Source: an uncultured delta proteobacterium
GTDB lineage: Bacteria > Myxococcota_A > UBA9160 > SZUA-336
NCBI GenBank assembly: GCA_963704165.1
Contig: CAVPHD010000001.1
Span: forward strand, 608,001 to 672,000
Direction of reading: 5' to 3'
Length of the DNA stretch: 64,000 bases
Below, piece by piece: positions 23,707 through 33,246 of this stretch. The notes beneath the pieces are model-generated. The model was not told the DNA's origin. It ran no database searches and saw only the letters and a list, made by a program, of their open reading frames with translations. Made by a program: the position numbers and the translations under genes. The stretch's first letter is position 1, and each line of letters begins with the position of its first letter.

Positions 23707-24899
23707 GACGCGTCCCGAATGCAGGCTTCCAGGATGTCGAGCGCCTGGCCGAGATCGCTCTCGGGGATGTTCAACGCGGGGAAGAGCCGCAGCACGCGAT
23801 CCGCCGTCAGATTGACGAGGAGCCCGCGTTCGCGCGCCTCCGAATGCACCCGCAAGGCGAGTGCGGGATCGCGCAGAACCAGGCCGATCAGCAAGCCGAG
23901 TCCGCGCGCGCACTCCACCTTCGCGGGCTCCGATCTCGCGAACGCGCCGAGGCGAGCGAGCACGTCCTTGCCGACGACCGCGGCGCGTTCGACGAGTCGC
24001 TGCTCCTCGATCACGCGAATCACCGTCGCTCCCGCGCGGCAGGCGAGCGGATTGCCCGCATAGGTGCCGCCGTGGTCGCCGGGCTGGATCGCGGCCATGA
24101 CCTCCTCGGTCGCCATGAAGGCCGCGAGCGGAAAGCCGCCGCCGAGTCCCTTGCCGAGCGTGACGATGTCGGGAGTGACGCCCGCGTGATCGCAGGCGAG
24201 CCAGCGGCCCGTGCGGCCGACGCAGGTCTGCACCTCGTCGGCGATCAGGAGCGCACCCGCCGCGTGACACGCATCGGCGACACGTCGCAGGTAGTCGGGA
24301 GGCGGAACGATCACGCCGCCCTCACCCTGTACGGGCTCGACGATGAACGCGGCGATCTCCGGAGACAGCGCGGCCTCGAGCGCGGCCGCGTCACCGTAGG
24401 GCACGAAGACGGCCTCGCGAACGATCCCCTTCCAGGGTCCGCGGTATTTCTCCTGGCCGAGGCAGCCCATCGCCCCGAGCGTTCGGCCGTGAAAGCTGTT
24501 CAGCGTGGCCACGAAGCGATTGCGGCCGGTCTTGCGCGCGGCGAGCTTGAGCGCGCCCTCGTTCGCCTCCGCGCCGCTCGACGTGAAGAACGATTGGTGG
24601 ATGCCGCGCGGTGCGAGGCGCGCGAGCCGATCGGCCAGATCGAGCTGCGGCCGCGTGTAGACGATGTTGGTCGTCTGCATCAGCGTGCGCGCCTGATCGG
24701 CGATCGCGTCGGCGAGCTCCGGGTGACAGTGACCGATCGAGGTCACGCCCCAGCCGGCGGTCAGGTCGATGAACTCGCGGCCTTCCACGTCCCAGACGCG
24801 CGATCCCGAGCCGCGCTCGAGAGCGACGGGCCAGCGGCGCACCGATGGCATGAAGACCTGTTTCTCGCGGGAGACGATCGCATCGAAGATCTCGGACAT
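23703..24899 (-). CDS. argD: Acetylornithine aminotransferase
   Basis: SGAEANEGALKLA, SFHGRTLG, EPVQGEGG, DEVQTCVGRTG, TLGKGLGGG, HGGTYAGNP. Confidence 0.85.
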   Translation of the reverse strand: MSEIFDAIVSREKQVFMPSVRRWPVALERGSGSRVWDVEGREFIDLTAGWGVTSIGHCHPELADAIADQARTLMQTTNIVYTRPQLDLADRLARLAPRGIHQSFFTSSGAEANEGALKLAARKTGRNRFVATLNSFHGRTLGAMGCLGQEKYRGPWKGIVREAVFVPYGDAAALEAALSPEIAAFIVEPVQGEGGVIVPPPDYLRRVADACHAAGALLIADEVQTCVGRTGRWLACDHAGVTPDIVTLGKGLGGGFPLAAFMATEEVMAAIQPGDHGGTYAGNPLACRAGATVIRVIEEQRLVERAAVVGKDVLARLGAFARSEPAKVECARGLGLLIGLVLRDPALALRVHSEARERGLLVNLTADRVLRLFPALNIPESDLGQALDILEACIRDAS

Positions 24900-24989
24900 G
24901 ATTTCACCTCGGGCTTGCGAGTGACTCGATCAGGGGAGCACGTGACGTGCAGCTTCTGAGTCCCGCCGGCGGGAGGAGATCGTACGGAT

Positions 24990-25058
24990 CTATCCGCGCC
25001 GGTGGGACCCGGTACGGGCGCGACGCGCGGACACGTGATCGAAGATCGCGAAGAGCAT
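24990..25058 (-). other. Candidate 22-aa Arg-rich leader ORF upstream of argD
   Basis: MLFAIFDHVSARRARTGSHRRG*, 9 nt after the -10 element. Confidence 0.35.
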
Positions 25059-25067
25059 CGGCCGCGC

Positions 25068-25096
25068 AGAATGCTGCAGAGGAAATTGCGTGTCAA
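25068..25096 (-). promoter_or_regulatory. Sigma-70 promoter upstream of argD
   Basis: TTGACA-N17-CATTCT on the minus strand. Confidence 0.6.
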
Positions 25097-25836
25097 TCGA
25101 GCAGGCGCTCGAGGCCGGCCAGGTCGTCGATCACGTGATCCGGTGCCGGACCCTCGTAGCCGCGAAGCGCGGCCTCCGGGTCGGCGACACGTCGGGTGAG
25201 CCAGGCCGTGCGCATGCCAATCCGCGCAGCGCCGCCGACGTCGGCTTCGAGGTTGTCACCGACGTGGATCACGTCCCCGGGATCGGCGCCGATCCGATCG
25301 AGCACGGCTTCGAAGATTTCCGCGCGCGGTTTGCGGATCCCGACCTCGTCCGAGATCACGACCAGGTCGAAGTGCTCGAGCAAGCCGGCCTGTGCGAGCA
25401 CCAGGCGCGCGGTCTCGCCGTGGCTGAAGTTCGAGCAGACGGCGAGCGCCACGCGCCCGTGCAGGCGCGCGAGCAGCGCCGCGTGGTGGCCGAGATGGCT
25501 CACGTGCTCGCGAATCGCGCTCATGTGCGTGCTCGTCATGGACTGCGCCATCTCGGCCTGCGGACTTCCGATCCGCCGCCCGAAGGCCAGGAATCGCTCC
25601 AGCGTCGGCAGCTCGCGGTGCTCCGCGTAGTAGGCGTGGCGCAGCTCGCGGTCGCTCGAGCCGAGCTCCGCGGCAAATCGCTCGAATTCCAGACCGTGCC
25701 ACTGCACACTGGCGGCGTGAAGAAGTCCGAAGGTAGACGGCGTGCGACGCCCCGCGATCTCGATGCGGGGAAGGCGGTCCATGTGCACGTCGACGAGCGT
25801 GTCGAAAAGGTCGATCGAGAGTGCACGGACCGGCAC
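25093..25836 (-). CDS. HAD-superfamily hydrolase
   Basis: IDLFDTLVD, CSNF, IRKP, HVGDNLEADVGGA. Confidence 0.88.
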   Translation of the reverse strand: MPVRALSIDLFDTLVDVHMDRLPRIEIAGRRTPSTFGLLHAASVQWHGLEFERFAAELGSSDRELRHAYYAEHRELPTLERFLAFGRRIGSPQAEMAQSMTSTHMSAIREHVSHLGHHAALLARLHGRVALAVCSNFSHGETARLVLAQAGLLEHFDLVVISDEVGIRKPRAEIFEAVLDRIGADPGDVIHVGDNLEADVGGAARIGMRTAWLTRRVADPEAALRGYEGPAPDHVIDDLAGLERLLD

Positions 25837-25854
25837 GCGGCGCAAGATAGCCGC

Positions 25855-26706
25855 GTGCGCTGGATCGTGCAGGGCGAGAACCTGGACGTGCTTCGCGCGC
25901 TTCCCGACGCGCTCGTCGATCTCGTCTACATCGATCCGCCGTTCAACACCGGCCGCACGCAGCGACGCACGCGTCTTCGCGTGGAGCGTGTCGAGATCGG
26001 AGGCGATCGCACGGGCTTCGCGGGCCGGCGCTACGAGAGCCACGTGGTCGGCGTCTCGTCCTTCGACGACAGGTTCGAGGATTTCCCGGCGTTTCTCGAG
26101 CCACGGCTCGTCGAAGCGCGCCGGGTTCTGAAGCCCACCGGCTCGTTGTTCGTGCACCTCGACCCGCGCGAGTCCCACTACGTGAAGGTTCTGCTCGACC
26201 GCCTCTTCGGCCGAAGCTCGTTCATGAACGAGATCGTCTGGGCGTACGACTACGGCGCGCGCTCGCGAACGCGCTGGCCGGCGAAGCACGACACGATTCT
26301 TTGGTACGCGATGGACCCCGCTCGCTTCACCTACGAGTACGACGCGATCGACCGCATCCCGTACGCGGCGCCCGGCCTGGTCGGTCCCGAGAAGGCCGCG
26401 CGCGGCAAGACGCCGACGGACGTCTGGTGGCAGACGATCGTGCCGACGAACTCGCGCGAGCGCACCGGCTACGCGACACAGAAGCCGCTCGCGATCCTGT
26501 CGCGGATCGTCGCCGTGCACTCGCGTCCGGGCGATCTCGTGCTCGACTTCTTCGCCGGAAGTGGCACGACGGGCGAGGCCGCGGCCCGCCTGGATCGGGG
26601 CTTCATCTTGGTCGATTCGAGCCCCGACGCGGTGCGCGTGATGACCGAGCGCCTCGCCTTCGCGAAGCCAAAAACCCTTACGTCACGTCAGCTTGTTGGC
26701 CCGTAG
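25855..26706 (+). CDS. Orphan N4/N6 site-specific DNA methyltransferase (beta class)
   Basis: YIDPPFNTG precedes TQKP and VLDFFAGSGTTG; no restriction endonuclease adjacent. Confidence 0.9.
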   Translation: MRWIVQGENLDVLRALPDALVDLVYIDPPFNTGRTQRRTRLRVERVEIGGDRTGFAGRRYESHVVGVSSFDDRFEDFPAFLEPRLVEARRVLKPTGSLFVHLDPRESHYVKVLLDRLFGRSSFMNEIVWAYDYGARSRTRWPAKHDTILWYAMDPARFTYEYDAIDRIPYAAPGLVGPEKAARGKTPTDVWWQTIVPTNSRERTGYATQKPLAILSRIVAVHSRPGDLVLDFFAGSGTTGEAAARLDRGFILVDSSPDAVRVMTERLAFAKPKTLTSRQLVGP

Positions 26707-26728
26707 AGGCCGATGTTAGCCTGCCCGA

Positions 26729-27943
26729 GTGCCGACCGAGACCCCCCAAGCTGAGCTCCGCGAGCGGATCCGGAAGGCCGTAGACGCCGAGCCGCTCGAC
26801 CGTCTCGCGGCGATCGAGATCATGACGCGGATCGAGCGCGCGCCGGAGACGATCCTCGAGCCGCTGCTCGACGCCGCGCGCGAGCTCGGCATCCGCGGGC
26901 ATGGGCGCGTGGTCTCGGTCTCGCGAAACGTCTTCATCCCGCTCACCAATCTGTGTCGCGACCGCTGTGGCTACTGCACGTTCGCGGTCGAGCCCGATTC
27001 ACCAAAGGCGAAGACCTGGCGGCTCGACGAGGTGCGCGACACGTCCCGCCGCGCTCGCGCGCTCGGTTGTCTGGAGGCGCTTTTCTGTCTCGGTGACAAG
27101 CCGGAGGTCGCCTATCGCGGCTACCGCGCGTGGCTCTCCGAGCGCGGCTACGCGCGCACGACCGACTACCTCGCCGACGCCTGTGCGGTCGCGTACGAGG
27201 AGGGCATGTTCCCGCACACGAACGCGGGAATCATGTCGCCCGACGAGATGACGCGTCTGCGCCGCACGAACGCGAGCATGGGGCTGATGCTCGAGAGCAC
27301 GAGCGCGCGGCTCCGCCAACGCGGGGGTGCGCACTATTACGCGCCCGACAAGGAGCCCGAGAAGCGCATCCGCATGACGCGCGAGGCCGGCGAGCTGCGG
27401 ATTCCCTTCACGAGCGGGATTCTGGTCGGCATCGGCGAGACGGCCGAAGAGCGCGTCGACACGCTCTGCGCGATCCGCGACCTGCACGCCGAGCACGGAC
27501 ACATCCAGGAAGTGATCGTGCAGAACTTCCATCCCAAGCCCGGCACCGCGATGGCGGACGTGCCGATGCCGAGCGACGAGCTCATGGCGGGCACGACGGC
27601 GCTCGCGCGGCTGATTCTCGGACCGCAGATGAACCTGCAGGCTCCGCCGAATCTCTCGCCGACCTCCCTCGAGCTGCTTCTGCGGGCGGGCATCAACGAC
27701 TGGGGGGGCGTGTCGCCGCTGACGATCGACTTCATCAACCCCGAAGCGCCCTGGCCCGAGCTCGACGAGCTGCGCCGTCGCACCGAGGCGGGCGGTTACG
27801 AGCTTCGGGACCGGCTCTGTGTCTATCCCGACTACATCACCGAACGGCCCGAGTTCTTCGAGCCGGAGATGCTGCGACGACTGCGCGCGATCACCGACGC
27901 GCAAGGCTGGCCAAGGAGCCTCGATGCCCATGCAACGCGCTGA
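26729..27943 (+). CDS. cofG: FO synthase subunit CofG
   Basis: FIPLTNLCRDRCGYC, FPHTNAG, SMGLMLE, QEVIVQNF, QAPPNL, DWGGVSP. Confidence 0.93.
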   Translation: MPTETPQAELRERIRKAVDAEPLDRLAAIEIMTRIERAPETILEPLLDAARELGIRGHGRVVSVSRNVFIPLTNLCRDRCGYCTFAVEPDSPKAKTWRLDEVRDTSRRARALGCLEALFCLGDKPEVAYRGYRAWLSERGYARTTDYLADACAVAYEEGMFPHTNAGIMSPDEMTRLRRTNASMGLMLESTSARLRQRGGAHYYAPDKEPEKRIRMTREAGELRIPFTSGILVGIGETAEERVDTLCAIRDLHAEHGHIQEVIVQNFHPKPGTAMADVPMPSDELMAGTTALARLILGPQMNLQAPPNLSPTSLELLLRAGINDWGGVSPLTIDFINPEAPWPELDELRRRTEAGGYELRDRLCVYPDYITERPEFFEPEMLRRLRAITDAQGWPRSLDAHATR

Positions 27944-29162
27944 CCTGTCCGACACACTTCTGCGTGGAACGAGCACACCCGTGCGCGCGGTGCTCGAGCG
28001 TTCGCTCGAAGGGCGAGAACTCTCGCGTGCCGACGTGGAGGTCCTGCTCGGCGCCGGGGGCCGGGATCTACAGGTCCTGTGCGCCGTCGCCGACAGCGCG
28101 CGCTTCGACGACGTAGGTGACGAGATCTCCTACGTCGTCTGCCGGAACATCAACTTCACGAACATCTGCTACGTCGGCTGCAGCTTCTGCGGCTTCGCGC
28201 GGCACAAGCACGAGGAAGAGGCCTACGATCGGACGCTCGAGGACGTCGTGGGCCGCGCGCGCGAAGCGGTCGCGCGCGGTGCTTCGGAAGTCTGCATCCA
28301 GGGCGGAATCCATCCCAACAAGGACGGATTCTGGTACCGCGAGATCGTCCGCGCGATCAAGGCCGAGCTTCCGGACCTGCACATCCATGCGTTCTCGCCC
28401 GAGGAGATCCACTTCGGTCACCAGAAGTCGAAGGGCATGTCGCTGCGCGACTACCTCTCGATGCTGAAGGCCGAGGGACTCGGCTCGATCCCGGGCACCG
28501 CCGCCGAGATCCTCGACGACGAGGTCCGTCGCATCCTGTCGCCGCGCAAGCTGATGACCGATCGCTGGGTCGAGATCGTCACCACCGCCCACGAAGTCGG
28601 ACTGCGCTCGAGCTCGACGCTGATGTACGGACACATCGAGCAACCGCACCACATCGCCGGCCACCTCGAGCTCTTGCGCGAGATCCAGAAACGCACCGGT
28701 GGCTTCACCGAGTTCGTGCCGCTCGGGTTCATCCACCACAAGACGCGGCTCTACAACGAGCAAGGGTCACGCGCCGGCGCGACGATGCCCGAGGATCTGC
28801 GGCTGATCGCGATCGCACGTCTCTTCCTGCGGCCTTGGATCAAGAACGTGCAGATCTCGTGGGTGAAGATGGGTTTCAAGATCGGACAGATCGCGCTGAT
28901 GTCGGGCGCAAACGACTTCGGTGGCACGCTGATGGAGGAATCGATCAGCAACGCCGCTGGCTCGGAGCACGGAGATCACGTCGAAGCCGAGACGATCGAG
29001 CAGCTGATCCGCGAGATCGGCCGCACGCCCTACGAACGCACGACCACCTACGGGCGGCGCGAAGCGAAGCGGCTCGCGCCCGCGCGAACGCTCGGTCTCG
29101 AGCTTGCGCCGGACACGCGCGTGTCGAAGGGCCACGATCTTGCGGTCCCGAGCGGCTACTGA
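27924..29162 (+). CDS. cofH: FO synthase subunit CofH
   Basis: RNINFTNICYVGCSFC, PGTAAEILDD, TLMYGHIE, FTEFVPL, NDFGGTLMEESI; follows cofG. Confidence 0.93.
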   Translation: MPMQRADLSDTLLRGTSTPVRAVLERSLEGRELSRADVEVLLGAGGRDLQVLCAVADSARFDDVGDEISYVVCRNINFTNICYVGCSFCGFARHKHEEEAYDRTLEDVVGRAREAVARGASEVCIQGGIHPNKDGFWYREIVRAIKAELPDLHIHAFSPEEIHFGHQKSKGMSLRDYLSMLKAEGLGSIPGTAAEILDDEVRRILSPRKLMTDRWVEIVTTAHEVGLRSSSTLMYGHIEQPHHIAGHLELLREIQKRTGGFTEFVPLGFIHHKTRLYNEQGSRAGATMPEDLRLIAIARLFLRPWIKNVQISWVKMGFKIGQIALMSGANDFGGTLMEESISNAAGSEHGDHVEAETIEQLIREIGRTPYERTTTYGRREAKRLAPARTLGLELAPDTRVSKGHDLAVPSGY

Positions 29163-29207
29163 GCACGTCTCTCAAGACGCACGTCGGGTTCCGACGATGA
29201 GCCAGCC

Positions 29208-30235
29208 ATGAGAAGAGTCCTGGTCACGGGCGGCGCGGGCTTCATCGGCTCGCACTTCATCCGCATCCTGCTCGCGGAAGAGCCGGACGCGGAGGTCGTC
29301 AACCTGGACGTGCTCACCTACGCCGGGAACCTCGCGAATCTGGCCGACGTCTCGGGCTCGAAGCGCTACCGCTTCGTGCGTGGCGACATCCGCGACATGA
29401 AGGTCGCGCTGGAGCTGGTCGCGGACTCCGACTGGATCGTGAACTTCGCAGCCGAGTCGCACGTCGATCGCTCGACGAAGGCGCGCGCGGGCGAGTTCAT
29501 CGACACCAACGTCTACGGCGCGTACGTCATGCTCGAAGCGACACGCCAGGTGAATCGCGACGCGCGCTTTCTCCAGGTCGGCACCGACGAAGTCTACGGC
29601 GACGTGCCCTTCCCCGAGTTCCCGGACGAGCAGGCGATGCTGAGGCCCTCGAGCCCGTACTCGGCGGCAAAGGCCGGTGCAGACCACATCGCCCTCGCCT
29701 TCCACCGAACGCACCGGATGGACGTGCTCGTCTCGCGCTGCACGAACAACTACGGCCCGAATCAGTACCCCGAGAAGGTGATCCCGGTGTTCATCACCAA
29801 CTCCCTCGACGGCGTTCCGCTGCCGCTCTACGACGGCGGAACGCAGGTGCGCGACTGGCTGCGCGTCGAGGACCACTGCCGCGCGCTGCTCCTCTTGCTC
29901 CGTCGCGGAACCGCGGGCGAGATCTACAACATCGGCGCGAACCAGACGCCCGAGGTCACGAACGCCGAGCTCACCAAGATGATTCTCGACTCCACCGGTC
30001 GCCCCGAGACGCTGATCCGTCCGGTCGAGGGGCTGCGGCCGGGGCACGACCACCGCTATGCCGTCGACACCGCCAAGGTTCGCGCGCTCGGCTGGCGCCC
30101 CGCCGAGGATCTCCAAGCCGGGATCGCCAAGACCGTCGCGTGGTATCGAGAGAACCGCGCCTGGTGGGAGCCGATCAAATCGGGGAGTACCGCGAGTACT
30201 ATGAGAAGCACTACGGTGAGGCGGTGCGCCGCTGA
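29208..30235 (+). CDS. rfbB: dTDP-glucose 4,6-dehydratase (1-nt frameshift at 30182-30185)
   Basis: TGGAGFIGS, AAESHVDRS, TDEVYG, PYSAAK, RPGHDHRYA; adding one G gives the typical tail KSGEYREYYEKHY with stop at 30233-30235. Confidence 0.93.
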
Positions 30236-31526
30236 CGCGTTGCGCGAGCGCCTCGAGCTCGTAGCGAAGTTGTGGCTTCTCGACGATTCGTCGCTGCACG
30301 ACATCGATCGCGTACATCACGCTCGTGTGATCGCGGCTGAAGGCGCGCCCGATCTCGGCCAGTGACGCGTCGGTGTAGATCCGCGCCAGGTACATCGCGA
30401 TCTGACGCGGCCGCACGAGACTCTGCTTGCGGGAACGGGCACGCAGATCTTCCTTGCCGATGCCGTACGCTCGCGCGGTCTCGGCCATGATCTCCTCGAG
30501 CGATCGGGCGCGCCCCGGGAGCTCGACCGCGGCGAGCGCCTGTGCGACGAGCTCGGGCGTGATCGCCGTCTTCATCAGGGATGCGCGCGCGACGACCTGG
30601 TTCAAACCTCCGACCAGATCGCGAACCGAGGCGAGCTCGCGCCGCGCGAGCAGCTCGAGGCAGGCCTCGGGCACGCGCACGCCGCCACGCGCGGCGCGCT
30701 CGCGCAGGATCGCCAGGCGCGTTTCCTGCTCGGGCGGCGCGATGCACGCGACCAGCCCGGAGGCCATGCGCGAGGAGAGCTTCGGGTCGAGCTCGTCGAG
30801 CTCCGCCGGCGGGCGATCCGCAGAGAGCACGACCGTCCTTCCGTTCGACATCAGGTGGTCGAGCGTGTGGAAGAGCTCGACTTGCGTCGCGCGCTTGCCC
30901 GCGAGGAACTGCACGTCTTCGAGGATCAGGACGTTCGTCGAGCGTCGGTAGCGATGGCGAATCCGCGGCATCTGCCCGGCGCGAATCGCATCGGTCACCT
31001 CGGTCGTGAACTGCTCGCTCGACCGATAGGTCGCCGCATTCCCCAGGCGCGTGTGGATCGCGCGGCACAGGTGCGTCTTCCCCATCCCGGTGTTCGCGTA
31101 GAGAAAGAGCGGACTGCAGCGACCCGCCTGGCCGCGCGCGATCAAGCGAGCGGCCTCGAGCGCGAGCGCATTCCCCGGCCCCTCGATGAAGCTCTCGAAC
31201 AACCGCTCCTGCGAGCCCGAGTCCACGGCCGGCTCGAGCGGCGCCGGAGCGGGCTCGGCCGCGGCGGGCGCGCGCGCGGGCGGAGCCGATGCGACGACCG
31301 AGTCGACGCGGTAGTCCACGGAACGCACGCCGCTCGCGCACTCCTCGATCAGCTTGCCGTAGCGGCCGCGCAGCCAGTCCCGGCTGAAGCGATCCGGACA
31401 GCGCAGCACCAGCGTCTCGCCTTCGAGCCGTCCGTCGAGCGCCCGGAACCAGGCCTCGAACACAGCCTCGCCGACGCGCCGTCGCAGCTCCGTGCGAACG
31501 GCCTCCCACCCCCCGAATTTGTCCAT
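30175..31526 (-). CDS. dnaA: DnaA-family replication initiator (divergent, probable paralog)
   Basis: All four domains present: FEAWF..PDRFSRDW, NTGMGKTH, LILEDVQF, RQIAMYL..EIGRAFSRDHTSVMYA; 3' end inferred from the same 1-nt correction as rfbB. Confidence 0.85.
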
Positions 31527-31873
31527 CTCGGCCGAATTACCCCTCAATTCGACCGGATTTCCGGCCGACCCCCGTGTGAATCGTTCGCGGGACTCTCCCA
31601 TGGGGTCGCATGGGGGGCAAAGCCGATTCTTTGGCGCGTCGTCTTTCGCCAGCGCCCGACACACTCGCGAACACGACCCGGCTCCGAGGGTCTTCCCCGA
31701 CGGTGGCGCAACTGTGGAGATTCGCGCCGGAGTTTCGGCTTCGCGTGCGACCGGAGTCCTCGCGTTCACGGCCCCGTGCACAGGCGTACTCACAGCGAAG
31801 TGCCACGGAGCGGTGTCTGGCGATCTCCGAATTTCGTCGAGTATCGCGATAATGCGGATCGCCTCGCGATTTT

Positions 31874-32557
31874 TCAGTTCACGCTCTTGGGTCCCTCGGG
31901 AAGCCTCGCTTCGGCGATTCGGAAGATCAGCAGCCGCAGCAGGAGCTCTCCCTGGACGACCGGATCGGCGGCCTCGAGCAGGCTCTGCTTCTCGAGAGTC
32001 GGGCAGTCGAGTCCGAACGCGAGCGCGTTCTGCAGCAGGACGGGGTCGAGCGCGCGCATCCGCTCGGCGAGCTGCGAAGCCGTGGCAGGCGAGGTCAGCT
32101 GTACCAGCTCGAGCATGTGTGTCTCGAGCTCCGGACGCAGCTCGTCGAGTCTTCGCTGTACCGACGGCGCGAGCTCGGGGAAGCCCGGGTCGGCGAGCAG
32201 CTCTGCCGCGACGCTGCGAAACGGCGCCTTCGATTCGATCTCCCGCCGAATCCGGAAGCGCCGCTCGCCGTGCAGCAGCAGATTGAAGCGCCCATCGGCG
32301 TGGCGTTCGGTCTCGACGATCCGGCCCGCGCAGCCGACATCGAAGATCGGCACGCGGCTCTGCATCGGGTCCTCGTCGCCGCGGACCAGAACCATCCCGA
32401 TCACCTGATCCCCGTCGAGCGCGGCCTCCGTCATCGCGCGGTAGCGCGGCTCGAAGATGTGCAGCGGCAGGTAGGTGCCCGGGAACAGCACCACTCCGGG
32501 GAGGGGAAAGATCGGAAAGGTCGTCGGGAACTCGAGGGTGTCGTCGGGTTCGGTCAT
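31874..32557 (-). CDS. LON peptidase substrate-binding (N-terminal) domain protein
   Basis: PIFPLPGVVLFPG..LHIFEPRYRAM, VGCAGRI, EKQSLLE. Confidence 0.9.
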   Translation of the reverse strand: MTEPDDTLEFPTTFPIFPLPGVVLFPGTYLPLHIFEPRYRAMTEAALDGDQVIGMVLVRGDEDPMQSRVPIFDVGCAGRIVETERHADGRFNLLLHGERRFRIRREIESKAPFRSVAAELLADPGFPELAPSVQRRLDELRPELETHMLELVQLTSPATASQLAERMRALDPVLLQNALAFGLDCPTLEKQSLLEAADPVVQGELLLRLLIFRIAEARLPEGPKSVN

Positions 32558-32599
32558 CCGCAGAAGTTATACTTCCGCGGCCCCCCCCGGAGCCAGAGA

Positions 32600-33046
32600 T
32601 TGACCCACCCGGAGCGCGAGGCACGCGAGCGCGCGATCGAGCGATTGCGTCGACACGCGACGCTGCTCGCGGAGGTCTTCGACCTGCCGCTGCGTTCGGT
32701 CGAGCCCGAGAGCGAGCGCGTGCGGCGCCGCTATGGGATCTGCTTCTCCGATGGGCGGATCCAGATCCGGCTCCACCAGCTGCGTTCGACCGATGTGCTG
32801 AAGTACTCGGTCATGGTCGACACGCTCTGCCACGAGCTCGCACATCTGCGGCACTTCAACCACGGCCAGCGATTCTGGGCGCTCTACCGGCGGATCCTCG
32901 CCTACGCGCGCCGCCAGGGGATCTACCGACCCGGACCCGAGACCGTGGTTGCGGCGCCGACTCCGTTTCGAGCGCTTCCGCAAGCCGTCCTTCGCGCTCG
33001 ACCACGCCAGGCGTCCGGCCAGCTCGAGCTCTTCCCGGAGGGCTAG
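32600..33046 (+). CDS. WLM/Wss1-like (M48/YgjP-related) zinc metallopeptidase with C-terminal QLELF
   Basis: IQIRL..VMVDTLCHELAHLRHFNHGQRFW; ends GQLELFPEG; TTG start inferred. Confidence 0.75.
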   Translation: MTHPEREARERAIERLRRHATLLAEVFDLPLRSVEPESERVRRRYGICFSDGRIQIRLHQLRSTDVLKYSVMVDTLCHELAHLRHFNHGQRFWALYRRILAYARRQGIYRPGPETVVAAPTPFRALPQAVLRARPRQASGQLELFPEG

Positions 33047-33246
33047 GCCTCGCGGACCTTGTCGTACTCCTCGAGGGAGTTCGGTCCGGCCTTCACTTCG
33101 ACGTCGATGCGCTCGAGCGCGATCGCCTTGTCGAGGACCTGAGTGACGAGTGAACTCACCGTCAGCTCATCGAATTCCGCCAGCGCGTCTTCGAGGGCGG
33201 ATTCCTCCACCGAGAGTCTGACCTGCAGAGTGAGTTCAATTGCCAT
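33043..33246 (-). CDS. 67-aa acidic hypothetical protein
   Basis: MAIELTLQVRLSVEESALEDALAEFDEL..; GGAGG upstream and TATAGT -10-like element. Confidence 0.65.
   Translation of the reverse strand: MAIELTLQVRLSVEESALEDALAEFDELTVSSLVTQVLDKAIALERIDVEVKAGPNSLEEYDKVREA

Noticed and set aside
25855..26706. Restriction-modification or defence island
   Set aside because: Neighbours are a HAD hydrolase and cofG; no nuclease or other defence genes
31527..31873. Canonical oriC beside dnaA
   Set aside because: No perfect DnaA boxes, no clear AT-rich unwinding element, no dnaN; only degenerate boxes, kept as a finding
29172..32624. 1150-aa minus-strand ORF looking like a giant DnaA fusion
   Set aside because: The extensions are antisense to rfbB and out of frame over the LON-N gene; explained by high GC and a probable 1-nt indel
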